A stretch of DNA of 64,000 nt from Verrucomicrobiia bacterium (lineage in GTDB: Bacteria > Verrucomicrobiota > Verrucomicrobiia > Limisphaerales > UBA1319): the NCBI GenBank assembly GCA_963664225.1, contig OY760937.1, forward strand, positions 1,472,001 to 1,536,000. The letters run 5' to 3'. The position numbers and the translations under genes were made by a program. Shown piece after piece: positions 21,347 through 30,800 of the stretch (position 1 is the first letter of the stretch; each line of letters begins with the position of its first letter). Under the pieces are notes generated by a model. That model made no database searches. It saw nothing but the letters and a program-made list of their open reading frames with translations, and was not told the DNA's origin.

Positions 21347-21385
21347 TTTGACACGTATATTATCAATATCCACTTCCGTGTCAAA
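21347..21385 (-). promoter_or_regulatory. Putative sigma70 promoter inside a 9-bp inverted repeat
   Basis: TTTGACACG-N21-CGTGTCAAA. The minus strand reads TTGACA-N16-TAATAT, ~90 bp upstream of the 21266 start. Confidence 0.5.
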
Positions 21386-22099
21386 ACATTTATGAATATT
21401 TTTGTTCTTTTTTTATAAAGAAGTGTGCTAACACGCAATCTGTCTCAATATGAGGCATTCCGATTGTTTTTATCGCCATCTCGTTTGAAGCAGACTTTTA
21501 GCGGCATAGGGCAGCTTATGTTTCGAGACTTGTCTAACGGAAGTCAAACTGGCTAGGCCTTCCCCTGCAAATGTCCAACCCTTCCGTTTAGAGTTCGTGG
21601 AATGAATGCTGTAAAAATGAGAGATGGGAATATCAAGAATTTGCCGGAAACTCTGCATGCTCCCGTCCTGACTTGGAAGAATTGGAGCAATTGGAACGGA
21701 TCGAGGATATTCCACATATTCTGGCTCAGAGAGTGAGCGGGCAAATTCTCGGTAGATCCCGTTCGAACGCCAATCACGATGCTGCCCAATCAGCGTGCAC
21801 TTTTTCGACGGCGCATTTCAACCTTGTCCAAATAATCATAAGTCACCTACAGATGGGGGCCAGACGAGGGAAATCCAAAGAAATAATGAAACTTATTATT
21901 GTAACCGAAACAGGAGTCCTCGTCGTATTGATCCTAACGAGTCCCTTGATTGAAACAACACCACAGCCTCACACCGTCGAGACCTCGTATCCAACGAGTC
22001 CCGTCCCGATGGGGGTCGTAGGTTCCAGTGGGTCCTATGCACCTTCCTCGTTTGATTTCCACACTGGGTCTTGGTGTCCTAATTGAGCATCGCAAAGTA

Positions 22100-22134
22100 T
22101 GCGGTGGAGCTCCAACTCCACCGCACGCCCTTTT
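22100..22134 (+). terminator. Hairpin, possible terminator or REP-like element
   Basis: TGCGGTGGAG-ctccaa-CTCCACCGCA followed by cgccctttt. Confidence 0.4.
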
Positions 22135-22537
22135 CTGGCACTGGGTCACAACCGGGCACGATTCATGTGCGTAGGCTGATTCAGCTTAAACACCTGCGCT
22201 TGAAACTGAACCGGGTTGGGGTTGGGTGGCGATTGCGGATTGTTTTGACAGTAATTAAGGATTGGCGGCAACCGGCACTCTTTCGGCCTAAAACCACCCG
22301 CCACTCGTTCGTTCGCTCAAAACGGTCCAAAATGTCTGACAGAATATCATCCAATCTCCTGACATTATCCCTCAATCACTTCTGGCAAATCGTGTCCGCT
22401 CGGTGAGACTGCGTAACGCACGCAAAATCGGATAAAATAAAAACACGCAAAACCAAGGAGATACGAAAGATTCGGCTGATGATCGAATCTGGAGGATTAT
22501 TTGTGGACTACAACGGGATTATGTATAGATTAATGGC

Positions 22538-23011
22538 ATGCCACAAGCAGCAGTAATCGAAAACAGCCCTGACATCCAAGATCGAATCGCTGACCTGAAT
22601 AGCCAGATCATGGCTGTTCAGGAACAACTGCAAGCCTTACGTCGTGCCGCCGGTGGACTGCAAGTGATCCTGCCCGAGTTGCACGACGAGGCTAGTGGCC
22701 GCATTGATGCGCAAAAGATGGCAGCCTATATGGGGGTGCCGCTCAAACGACTCGCCGAAGGTCTGCAATTGCATTACAAAGCCATACATCGGAATCCCTC
22801 CGCGGAATCTTTCCAGCCTGCGCTCAAACCAGTGAAGCGATCCTTGGAGATACTCCATCAGTTCTTCAACAAACCGGAGACGGTGCGGGTATGGCTGAAT
22901 ACACCTCATCCCGATCTCGATGGAAGCACCGCTTTGGAAACAATTTTGGCTGATAACTCACATGCAGTTCTAAGAATTCTCGAAAACGCGGCGACCGGCG
23001 TGCCTGTCTGA
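22538..23011 (+). CDS. Xre/MbcA/ParS-type antitoxin
   Basis: HTH-like middle and C-terminal VRVWLNTPHPDLDGSTALE. Coupled by TGATG to a RES remnant. Confidence 0.85.
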   Translation: MPQAAVIENSPDIQDRIADLNSQIMAVQEQLQALRRAAGGLQVILPELHDEASGRIDAQKMAAYMGVPLKRLAEGLQLHYKAIHRNPSAESFQPALKPVKRSLEILHQFFNKPETVRVWLNTPHPDLDGSTALETILADNSHAVLRILENAATGVPV

Positions 23012-23240
23012 TGCTTTCCCCCATTCCACTTGCCGCTGCTCTTGGCATAGTCAATCTCGCATCCGCCCATGGGCCGGGGTCACGGGGTCACGGGCGGTGG
23101 GTTATCACCATCTGCTCGGCCCGCCCCGCGGCATGACCGGCCCACCGCGGCCACTATGGGGCGGCGGCGCGGCCAAAATTGCTGGCGCCCGATTCACACC
23201 CCAAGGCGGCTTCGATTCCATCTATCTCGCCCACCACCCC
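23011..23240 (+). pseudogene. RES-domain toxin pseudogene (frameshifted, 3'-truncated)
   Basis: Removing one copy of the 8-bp tandem duplication CGGGGTCA (23075-23090) restores MLSPIPL...GSRAVGYHHLL...GARFTPQGGFDSIYLA (RES GxRF...xYLA motif). The sequence then switches abruptly to acr3. Confidence 0.72.
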
Positions 23241-24002
23241 TTTTCGTCAATTGGCTGGTCAAACCCTTCAGCATGGCGCTGCTTGGTTTCCTTTTTGCGA
23301 AGACCATCTATTCGGGATGGCTGGGTCTCTTCGATGCCGACACTGCCAACAATTACACGGTCGGCATCATCCTCCTCGCCGCCGCTCCCAACACGGCGAT
23401 GGTTATCGTCTTGAGCTACCTCACTGATGGCGATGGGCCTTACACACTGGCCCAAGTGGCGATCAACGACCTGATCATGGTTTTTGCCTTCGCTCCCGTC
23501 GTCATGTTTCTCGTGGGTGTCACCCGCGTGAAAATTCCCGGCCATATCCTATTCATCCCCGTGCTCGTCTTCATCGTCATCCCGCAGGCTGCTGGCTGGC
23601 TCAGTCGCAGCGCACTCATCAAAGCCCACGGCATAGCGTGGTTCGAAGCCGCCTTTCCACCCAAATTCCGTCCGGTGACGGTGGTGGCGCTGCGGCTGAC
23701 GCTGGTGCTGCTACTGGCGATCCCGATTCTCATCCAGGTCTATTTCAATTCGAGCCTCACCTATCTGCTCATGCGGTTGTTCCGGGTGCGCCACAACGTG
23801 GCGATCCCCGGTGCCTTGATTGGTGCGAGCAACTTCTTCGAGCCGGCCGTGGCGGTTCGCCATCACGCTCTTCGGCCCCACCAGTCCGGTGGCGCTCGCC
23901 GTCGTCGTCGGGGTGCTGGTTGAGGTGCCGGTGATGTTGTCGGTCTGCAAAATGTGCACTGCCTCACATGGCTGGTATCAGCAGAGGGTTATGGCGGCAT
24001 GA
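23238..24002 (+). pseudogene. acr3: ACR3 arsenite efflux transporter pseudogene
   Basis: LFVNWLVKPFSMALL, AAAPNTAMV, QVAINDLIM, ALIGASNFFE; frameshift near 23860; then AITLFG...VVGVLVEVPVML. 5' end missing. Confidence 0.85.
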
Positions 24003-24039
24003 TTGCAGAGAGATTTGACCCGAGGGATTCATTAAGAGC

Positions 24040-24412
24040 TCACATGACAGGCTGAGATGGACATGCTTGGATAGCAAAAGATGCTGGACGCATTACGACA
24101 ATGGCGGATGGAAATGGCGCAGTGTTTTTACCGTCTCCGAATTTGAGCCGTCCGCGTAGGAACCGGATTTCGTGCTTCATGGAGAATCGGTGCCACCAAG
24201 CCGTGTCCATGCACGACGGGACGAGGCAAACCACCGTTGCTCCTTCATGCATTGCCTCGCCATGGGCCTTGGCCATCCAACTTGCGATTGCCTCCCCATA
24301 CGGCTGCTTCATAAAAACGACCTCATCGCGCCAGGACTAGAGCAGGCCATTGTCTTCACGCGTGTAATATTTTTGGCACTTTGAATTGGTGTGAGTCAAA
24401 CAGGGATCGAGC
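24040..24412 (-). pseudogene. Phage-type DNA N6-adenine methyltransferase (Dam family) pseudogene
   Basis: LDPC...NSKCQKYYTREDNGLL*SW..VVFMKQPYG (NPPY degenerate)...VVCLVP..DTAWWH...EIRFLRGRLKFG...APFPS. In-frame TAG at 24339-24337. Confidence 0.82.
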
Positions 24413-24683
24413 TGGTTGCGATTGTTTAGTGGCGATCGTGTCCACTGTAAACCTTTTGGCGCAATGTACCTACCGGGCGGACAGAATTGGCCAATACGGT
24501 CTGATCATCGAGGAATGGTTCAACCTTCATTTCTGGCACAATATCATGGGGGAGGGACAAAAACGGTCCACCCCATCCATTATTTTTGCTCCGATTCACC
24601 GATCGGTTCGAACGATTGGCGCATTTTGAGCAGATTTGGGGAATCCATGAGCGCATCGGCACAATAGGCTTATTGACAACGAG

Positions 24684-25421
24684 ATGAAAATATTGGCGCT
24701 ACTGCAATATCATCAATCGTGCCGCCAATCAGGAGAAGAGCAATCGCCAACGGGCGCAGTACCGAATCCATGCGATAAAGAAAGTTACAACATTTTTCAG
24801 CAGCGACACCCTTGTGAGTCCTATAATCCAGGTATGCATTCAAAAAACATCAAATTCAGCGCGGTCGAGTCCGGGATCTTCATCGAAGCGGCTTTGCACC
24901 GCCAGACGATTTACCGTTTGGACGAACGATTGGATCAAACAGAGCCGTTTTCAATGTTGTGGCCAGGAATGGGGCCGATGAAGAACTCCCAGATCCTTTT
25001 TCTCTTGGAAGCTGCCGTTTCACGCGTGATGAACAACCTCCCGAACGCATCAATTCCCTTGGACGGCAATATCAATGCAACAATACAATATTTGTATTGG
25101 AGCTACACCAAAGATTGCCTTGATCGATCGTTTATCAATCCTTATCGAGATGACCTGTTAGAAGCCCTTCTGCTTCGATTGTTTAATGAGCACCTTGATC
25201 ACAGCCACAAATTGGATTTCGAGGCGGTGGCGACCGATATGAATCAATGGACATTGCTTGCTGACGTGGGGGCCATTCTCCTCGACAGGGAATTCCCCAT
25301 GGGTGACCAGATCTGGCCACGGGAAGATCAGGGAATATTGGATCCCCCATGCAAAGGCGACTATCTCCGGCAGACTTGGGAAGAACTGCAGGAAGCGCGG
25401 CGTATGCCATGGCCGATCTGA
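24684..25421 (+). CDS. Hypothetical protein (start possibly 24834)
   Basis: 245-aa open frame with plausible globular composition. No motif recognised. Confidence 0.45.
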   Translation: MKILALLQYHQSCRQSGEEQSPTGAVPNPCDKESYNIFQQRHPCESYNPGMHSKNIKFSAVESGIFIEAALHRQTIYRLDERLDQTEPFSMLWPGMGPMKNSQILFLLEAAVSRVMNNLPNASIPLDGNINATIQYLYWSYTKDCLDRSFINPYRDDLLEALLLRLFNEHLDHSHKLDFEAVATDMNQWTLLADVGAILLDREFPMGDQIWPREDQGILDPPCKGDYLRQTWEELQEARRMPWPI

Positions 25422-25437
25422 TTGCGCAGGGACTCCC

Positions 25438-25839
25438 CTACCCCTTCGCAATTGGCTGAAACACTTCAACATCCGGAGCGATTTTACGTTTCCCAGGCTC
25501 GAGAGTCAGGATTGGGATTCTCAAGGCGGCAGCCTGCTGCCAGATAACGGCATCAACCAGCAAAGCGGCGTTCACGCCCTTCCTGAAATAACTTTTGGCA
25601 AATGCCTGGCCGGCTTTAAACGCAACCCGCTCATCAGGGGCGATTCGCAGGAAACCGTGCAGGTCCCGATCCAGAGCTGCCTTGCCACGTCCGCTTGCGG
25701 CCAATGCTGCAACAGTAAGGACGCTGACGGCGAGTTCATCGACTGCGGCGCAACCCTCGAGTGCGCGTGTGCAGGCGTCATGTGATGCGTGCCGCGGATC
25801 AAGCCACGCAACGATAACCGACGTGTCGACAAGGATCAT
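25438..25839 (-). CDS. vapC: PIN-domain VapC toxin
   Basis: MILVDTSV...SVLTVAAL...LLVDAVIWQQA...ILT. ATGA overlap with the antitoxin stop. Confidence 0.82.
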   Translation of the reverse strand: MILVDTSVIVAWLDPRHASHDACTRALEGCAAVDELAVSVLTVAALAASGRGKAALDRDLHGFLRIAPDERVAFKAGQAFAKSYFRKGVNAALLVDAVIWQQAAALRIPILTLEPGKRKIAPDVEVFQPIAKG

Positions 25840-26072
25840 GAGCGAACCCGCTTGAGAAGTTTGACGCCGGAAATATTGCCCTTCCATGCCGCAGCCCGGG
25901 CTCGAATGTGCTTCTGCATGGCGTTTGGAGCTTCGGATTTTGGACGCGCAAACACACCGCGATCGCGAAATTCCCAAGTGAGAACGCAGCCTTCGGTGAT
26001 GCCGGCGAGTTTGCGCAAATCCTCGGGGATTGTGGTGGTGCCTTTGCTTGTGACTTTGGTTTCGGTTTTCAT
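25836..26072 (-). CDS. vapB: AbrB/MazE-family antitoxin
   Basis: MKTETKVTSKGTTTIPEDLRKLAGITEG: AbrB signature. Confidence 0.85.
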   Translation of the reverse strand: MKTETKVTSKGTTTIPEDLRKLAGITEGCVLTWEFRDRGVFARPKSEAPNAMQKHIRARAAAWKGNISGVKLLKRVRS

Positions 26073-26075
26073 TAA

Positions 26076-26109
26076 GTATGAATCATACCGGTAATCATTG
26101 CAGAGTCAA
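26076..26109 (-). promoter_or_regulatory. vapBC promoter with palindromic operator
   Basis: TTGACT-N16-TATGAT. The perfect palindrome GTATGA-A-TCATAC (26076-26088) overlaps the -10 box. Confidence 0.6.
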
Positions 26110-26491
26110 GATGGCGAAGGTCTGGATTCCATTGGTTCATTCTCAAAAACCGCTTGCGATCCGGCATGATGCACCAATCACGACATGGACTGCCAGGTCA
26201 TTAGGAATCACCAGATTACTTGAATGACAATCCAGCAAAATGGGCATGTTGGGCATGTTGTATCGACACCAGTGGGTAATTCCACCGCCCAATCAGCCTA
26301 ACCCTAATCCAGCCTCCATCGAGAGTCGTTGCAGAGAGATCAGCGCCAGCGATTAGACTCATGTAAGAATCTTACTGGTAAGAATGCTGATGCCTGGACT
26401 GACATGACCGGACAAGCGCGTGCGGCTCTGGAGACTTTTCGATGAGATGGGCTGATTGGCGCCGAATTCCAGACATTTGCCGGGGCGTCGA

Positions 26492-26525
26492 TTTAGTATT
26501 GATAACATGGCTTATCCGCACTAAA
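26492..26525. other. Candidate tyrosine-recombinase core site
   Basis: TTTAGTATTGATAA-CATGGC-TTATCCGCACTAAA: 14-bp imperfect inverted arms with a 6-bp spacer, 8 bp upstream of the recombinase ATG. Confidence 0.6.
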
Positions 26526-26533
26526 GTTCCCCC

Positions 26534-27520
26534 ATGGATTCTCCCATCCAGACCGCCCTGCCCTCCCCGCCGCCGGCCGCGGGGCCGCCGGCCCTGTCGG
26601 ACCAGCAGTTCGCCGCGCTGGCCGGGGTCCCCGCGGAAAACGTCTGGCTGGCAAATATTGTCAATCCCTGCACCCGCCGGGCCTATCATCAGGATCTCGC
26701 CGATTTCATGGCCTTCGTTGGCATCCGCGAGCCCCGGGATTTTCGACGGGTGGTGCGCGCCCATGTGATTGCGTGGCGCAAATCGCTGGAAGCCCGGAAA
26801 CTGGAGCCCGCCAGCATCCGCCGCAAACTGTCGGCCCTGTCGGCCCTGTACCGGTATCTCTGTGAGGAAAATTGCGTTTTATTCAATCCCACGCTGGGGG
26901 TCAAACGACCGCGGGCGGGCGCCAATGAAGGAAAAACCCCGGCCATCGGGGATGACCAGGCCCGGGCCCTGCTGGCCGCACCTTCGGACAAAACGATCAA
27001 GGGCAGGCGCGACCGCGCGGTGCTGGCCACGTTTCTGTTTCACGCCCTGCGGTGCGCGGAACTCTGCGCATTGGATGTCCAGGATCTGGAGCAGCGCTCC
27101 GCCGTGGCCCATTTGCGCATCCACGGCAAGGGAGGCAAAATCCGCTTCGTTCCGGTGCACCCGGCGGCCCAGCAACGCATTGCGGAGTATTTGGCCGCGG
27201 CGGGTCACGGCGCGGATCGGGAGGGTCCCCTGTTTCGTCCGGTGAAAAACCCGCGCGGTGGTGCATTGCGCAAGCCGCTGTCGCCGGGGGCGGTGTATGC
27301 CAGAATCGTCCGATTTTACGCTGCACAGGTCGGCATTGACCTGTCCGGCTTCGGGCCGCACTCGCTCCGGGCCACGGCCGCAACCAACGCGCTGGACCAC
27401 CACGCGGACATTGCCAAAGTCCAGGAGTGGCTCGGGCACGCCAATATTTCCACCACCAAGATGTACGACCGTCGGAAGACCAAACCGGAGGACAGCCCAA
27501 CGTTCAAGGTTGCTTATTAA
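26534..27520 (+). CDS. Tyrosine recombinase (XerC/D- or resolvase-like)
   Basis: SAM-like N domain, R (ALRCAEL), K (GKGGK), HSLR, LGHANISTTKMY. Locally GC-rich. Confidence 0.93.
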   Translation: MDSPIQTALPSPPPAAGPPALSDQQFAALAGVPAENVWLANIVNPCTRRAYHQDLADFMAFVGIREPRDFRRVVRAHVIAWRKSLEARKLEPASIRRKLSALSALYRYLCEENCVLFNPTLGVKRPRAGANEGKTPAIGDDQARALLAAPSDKTIKGRRDRAVLATFLFHALRCAELCALDVQDLEQRSAVAHLRIHGKGGKIRFVPVHPAAQQRIAEYLAAAGHGADREGPLFRPVKNPRGGALRKPLSPGAVYARIVRFYAAQVGIDLSGFGPHSLRATAATNALDHHADIAKVQEWLGHANISTTKMYDRRKTKPEDSPTFKVAY

Positions 27521-27999
27521 CGGAGAGGCCTTGCCCCCGCCAGGATTGCGGCCTGAGTCTTTGAACCCGGGGATTTCCGCCTGGCGCGGGTTTGCACCGC
27601 GCGAAACGCCGGGTTGGCCGGGTGCATTGAATTTTCCATTTCCTCAACGAGGCTAATAACCTTTTTTGCCAGTTTAGGACTCACCTCGAAAATGCGGATG
27701 ATCCTGTCGGTCAGTTCCTCAATCGCCTTGAGATCGGATTTCTTGAGCGCCGTGGCATGGTCTTTGGCTTGTATAATACCCAATGGTTTTTCCGGAGAAT
27801 CCTCCAGGAAATAGTCGATCGGCACGCCCAGCTCTTTGGCAATGATGGCCCACCGGCTGTCGGACGGCGTGCTCACCCCTTTTTCCCAGTTGCAGATCGA
27901 ACCGGGCGTGATTCCCAAAAGTTTTGCGAGGTCCCTTTGGGACAAACCCAGGCGGACACGCAGCGACCTGATTAAACTTGGGAAATTGCTCGGTAACAC
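27517..27999 (-). CDS. XRE-family (phage repressor-like) regulator
   Basis: IRSLRVRLGLSQRDLAKLLGITPGSICNWEKGVSTP. Confidence 0.85.
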   Translation of the reverse strand: MLPSNFPSLIRSLRVRLGLSQRDLAKLLGITPGSICNWEKGVSTPSDSRWAIIAKELGVPIDYFLEDSPEKPLGIIQAKDHATALKKSDLKAIEELTDRIIRIFEVSPKLAKKVISLVEEMENSMHPANPAFRAVQTRARRKSPGSKTQAAILAGARPLR

Positions 28000-28063
28000 A
28001 ACAGATTGGCTTTGGCCATTTTCCTTGAAACACCTTATTGTCTCCGGCGATGCTTTTCGAGTT

Positions 28064-28222
28064 ATTTTATATCATATCCTTATAAAATGTTTGGAGGGGG
28101 CCTTATATTGTTTAACCGGAGATGGTCTTCCAACTCATATAGATGACGCAACGCCGGATAAAGCGGTGCATTCTGAAAGCCTGAATAATGCCTAATATTA
28201 TGCCTAATATTATTGCAATATT
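28064..28222. promoter_or_regulatory. Palindrome and tandem repeats upstream of the XRE gene
   Basis: ATTTTATA-N9-TATAAAAT (28064-28088). ATGCCTAATATT twice plus a degenerate third copy (28188-28222). Confidence 0.4.
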
Positions 28223-28774
28223 ACTGATGGTGAAAGGGTTTACACATGAGGCCCGCCTCCCTAAATGGCCGGGCGTTGGCAGGACATCCCCGTTGGGTGA
28301 GACGCTCAATTAATTCTGCAAATTCTTGGTGGTCCTGTGGTAACGCAAGCGCACGAAATTCCAGGAAGTTAACCCCTGGTCTTTATAAACCTGATTCTGT
28401 GTTCGTAAGCGACTTAATATCAAAGCTTTTTGGTTCAGCAAATATCCATCGTCCGGCCCCAAGGCTCGTCTGCTTTCAACTTGTGCCAATGCTTCCTCAC
28501 CGCGTACGTCCTCTGACAATGCCATGCTGAACCAGAAGCGGACATCTTTCCATTTCCGGTCACGCTCTGGCGAGATAGGTTATGCAACCTTGAAGCACCG
28601 AATTGCTTCGATTGGTTTCTCGTCAAACAAAAGGACAAAAGGAGAGTCGTTGCTGTTAGTGGCGAGATGAAATGGATGCAAAACGGGCGGTTTGAAATGG
28701 GATCTTCTTCGTGTTGGTTTTCTTCAAGGTGAGGTTGCTTCGATTTGACGGACACAGGAGCGGAGCGAAACTTA

Positions 28775-29128
28775 ATGAAAAACCGTATGAAGCAATCTGT
28801 GATTCCCGATTCCAAGACTCATCCGAAGTATGATTCTGCATTTAAGCAGGAAGCCGTGAACCTCTGGAAATCCAGCGGGAAATCGGCAGCCACGGTGGCG
28901 GCTGAGTTGGGGATAAAAATGGAGCGGCTCTATGCCTGGCGCGCAAAATATGTGCCGCTGCCAACAGGGGAAGGAGCCGAAACAAAGACCCGTGAGCAGT
29001 TGCTGGCCGACAATGCCGCTTTGTTGCGCGAACTGGACTATGTGCGCCAGCAGCGGGAGATTCTAAAAAAAACGTTGGGAATTCTTTCGGACCCCCAGAG
29101 CAACGCTATCAACGGGTTGAAGCGATGA
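28775..29128 (+). CDS. IS3 transposase OrfA
   Basis: KYDSAFKQEAV...VAAELGI....LYAW, REILKK. A8 slippery run at 29065-29072 with an open -1 frame into OrfB. Confidence 0.9.
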   Translation: MKNRMKQSVIPDSKTHPKYDSAFKQEAVNLWKSSGKSAATVAAELGIKMERLYAWRAKYVPLPTGEGAETKTREQLLADNAALLRELDYVRQQREILKKTLGILSDPQSNAINGLKR

Positions 29129-29967
29129 AAGTCGATCATCCCATCCGCCTGCTCTGTGAGGCCTTTGATGTGTCTTTTAGCGGCTACTATGATTGGTGCC
29201 GACGGCAAATCCAGCCTTCGTTGCGTGCCCGTCAGGACGCCGTATTGAAAGGGACCATCACAACGATTTTCAATGGCAGCCGCAAAACCTATGGCAGCCC
29301 GCGCATCCAGATCGCCTTGAAGCACCAGGGGCACTGCCATGGTCGCAACCACATCGCCCGTTTAATGCGCCAGGAAGGCCTGCAGGCGCGTTCTAAAAAG
29401 CGTTTCAAGGTCCGAACCACCGACAGCAATCATGATCAGCCCATTGCCCCCAACCGGCTGGCTCAAGCCGCGCCACCGGACCAACGCAATCAGACTTGGG
29501 TCGGGGACATCACCTACATTGCCACCGATGAAGGCTGGCTCTATCTCGCTGGCATTGAAGACCTTTACAGCCGCCGCATCGTGGGTTGGGGCATGAGCGA
29601 GCACATTGACACCGAACTGGTCCTGTCGGCCTGGAACATGGCCTGCATTCAGCGGCAACCCGAACCCGGATTGCTCTTTCATTCAGACCGGGGAGTCCAG
29701 TATGCCAGTCAGGATTATCGCCGGGCGATGGAAACCTCCGGTGCCCTGGCGAGCATGAGCCGCAGTGGCAACTGCTATGACAACGCGGCCATGGAATCCT
29801 TTTGGAGCACCCTTAAACAAGAACTGGTTTATCGCCGGGTCTTTGCGACCCGAGCCCAGGCCCGACAGGCCATCTTTGATTACATCGAGACCTTCTATAA
29901 TCGACAGCGTTTACACAGCACACTCAATTACATGTCTCCTGTTGACTTTGAAAATATATCCAAATAA
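29125..29967 (+). CDS. IS3 transposase OrfB (DDE)
   Basis: TYGSPRI, WVGDITYI, FHSDRGVQY, CYDNAAMESFWSTLK, YNRQRLHSTL. Confidence 0.93.
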   Translation: MKVDHPIRLLCEAFDVSFSGYYDWCRRQIQPSLRARQDAVLKGTITTIFNGSRKTYGSPRIQIALKHQGHCHGRNHIARLMRQEGLQARSKKRFKVRTTDSNHDQPIAPNRLAQAAPPDQRNQTWVGDITYIATDEGWLYLAGIEDLYSRRIVGWGMSEHIDTELVLSAWNMACIQRQPEPGLLFHSDRGVQYASQDYRRAMETSGALASMSRSGNCYDNAAMESFWSTLKQELVYRRVFATRAQARQAIFDYIETFYNRQRLHSTLNYMSPVDFENISK

Positions 29968-30289
29968 CCTATATGTGTCTTCTGTGTCCGATTTATCGAA
30001 GCAAGCCCAAGGGACTCTTCTTCCTTCTTCATCTTTTTGATCTTTCTTTAGCCTTCTTTTCTTCCCTTATTTCTCTCTACTTTTCGGGGTTGGTTCCTTT
30101 TGATTTTGGAACCGATGAACACCGCCCGCCATCGCCGCCGTATCTTACAAGACGCCTGTTTGGAGCAAAGTCGTGCAATACAAGAGGTTGTGCCAAGCCC
30201 TTCACCTCGTAACTTGCAAGACCTCTGTTCAATGCAAATCCCTTTGGTTGTTGGTTTTATCTCCATGCTCGTCGGTAGCTGAGCCGGTT

Positions 30290-30572
30290 TGCGGGGTGGG
30301 TGAGTTTGACCCCACGCCTTCAAGGCGTTTGAGGACGGCAGCCCGATCCAGGGCGAGCTCCCGCGCAAACTTGGGCTTGGACCACCCCTTATCGAATAGG
30401 ACAACAATGGTTTGTTGGTGAAGCATTTTAAGTTGATTCGGAGCCCCTCGGAGGGGCGATGTTTCGGTGGCCCACGCTCGAGGTTTGTCGTGCCGTCTAT
30501 TCAGGGGGCGGTGAGCGGCGGGAACGGACTTTCGCATCCCAATTCGTGTTCCCGCCGATCGTTGCGCGTAAC
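30290..30572 (-). pseudogene. IS21 (IstA N-terminal HTH) remnant
   Basis: NQLKMLHQQTIVVLFDKGWSKPKFARELALDRAAVLKRL resembles IstA N-termini. Confidence 0.5.
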
Positions 30573-30574
30573 GG

Positions 30575-30800
30575 ACTCACCCGCCTGGTCAAAGACAATC
30601 TTCCTTCCGCGCGTGGGGAATATAATTGTCATTAGCCAATTTCTGGAATATTGGCCTAGTTCAACGGCTGCCAGGGATAGAAAACAGATGGGATGTGGTA
30701 TTGGGTTCGTTGGAGCTTTTGGTGGTACATGGGGTGCAGATGTAAATCGCTCCTAGTGATTCGGAATGCGGCCTCAGCTTGTTGGATTTTGAATAACTTT
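30575..30800 (-). pseudogene. IS1634-like transposase remnant
   Basis: IQQAEAAFRITRSDLHLHPMYHQKLQRTQYHI, then a frameshifted FPTRGRKI. Confidence 0.6.

Larger units (their letters stand above)
28730..30009 (+). mobile_element. Complete IS3-family insertion sequence (1280 bp)
   Basis: IRL TGAGGTTGCTTCGATTTGACGGACACAG; IRR (reverse complement) TGGGCTTGCTTCGATAAATCGGACACAG. TG...CA ends and 3-bp target duplication AGG. Confidence 0.93.

Noticed and set aside
23069..23923. 284-aa ORF as a real gene
   Set aside because: It is a chimera of out-of-frame RES remnant and truncated, frameshifted acr3.
24040..24312. Active DNA methyltransferase or R-M system
   Set aside because: NPPY is degenerate (KQPY), there is an in-frame stop, the 5' part is missing and no nuclease is adjacent.
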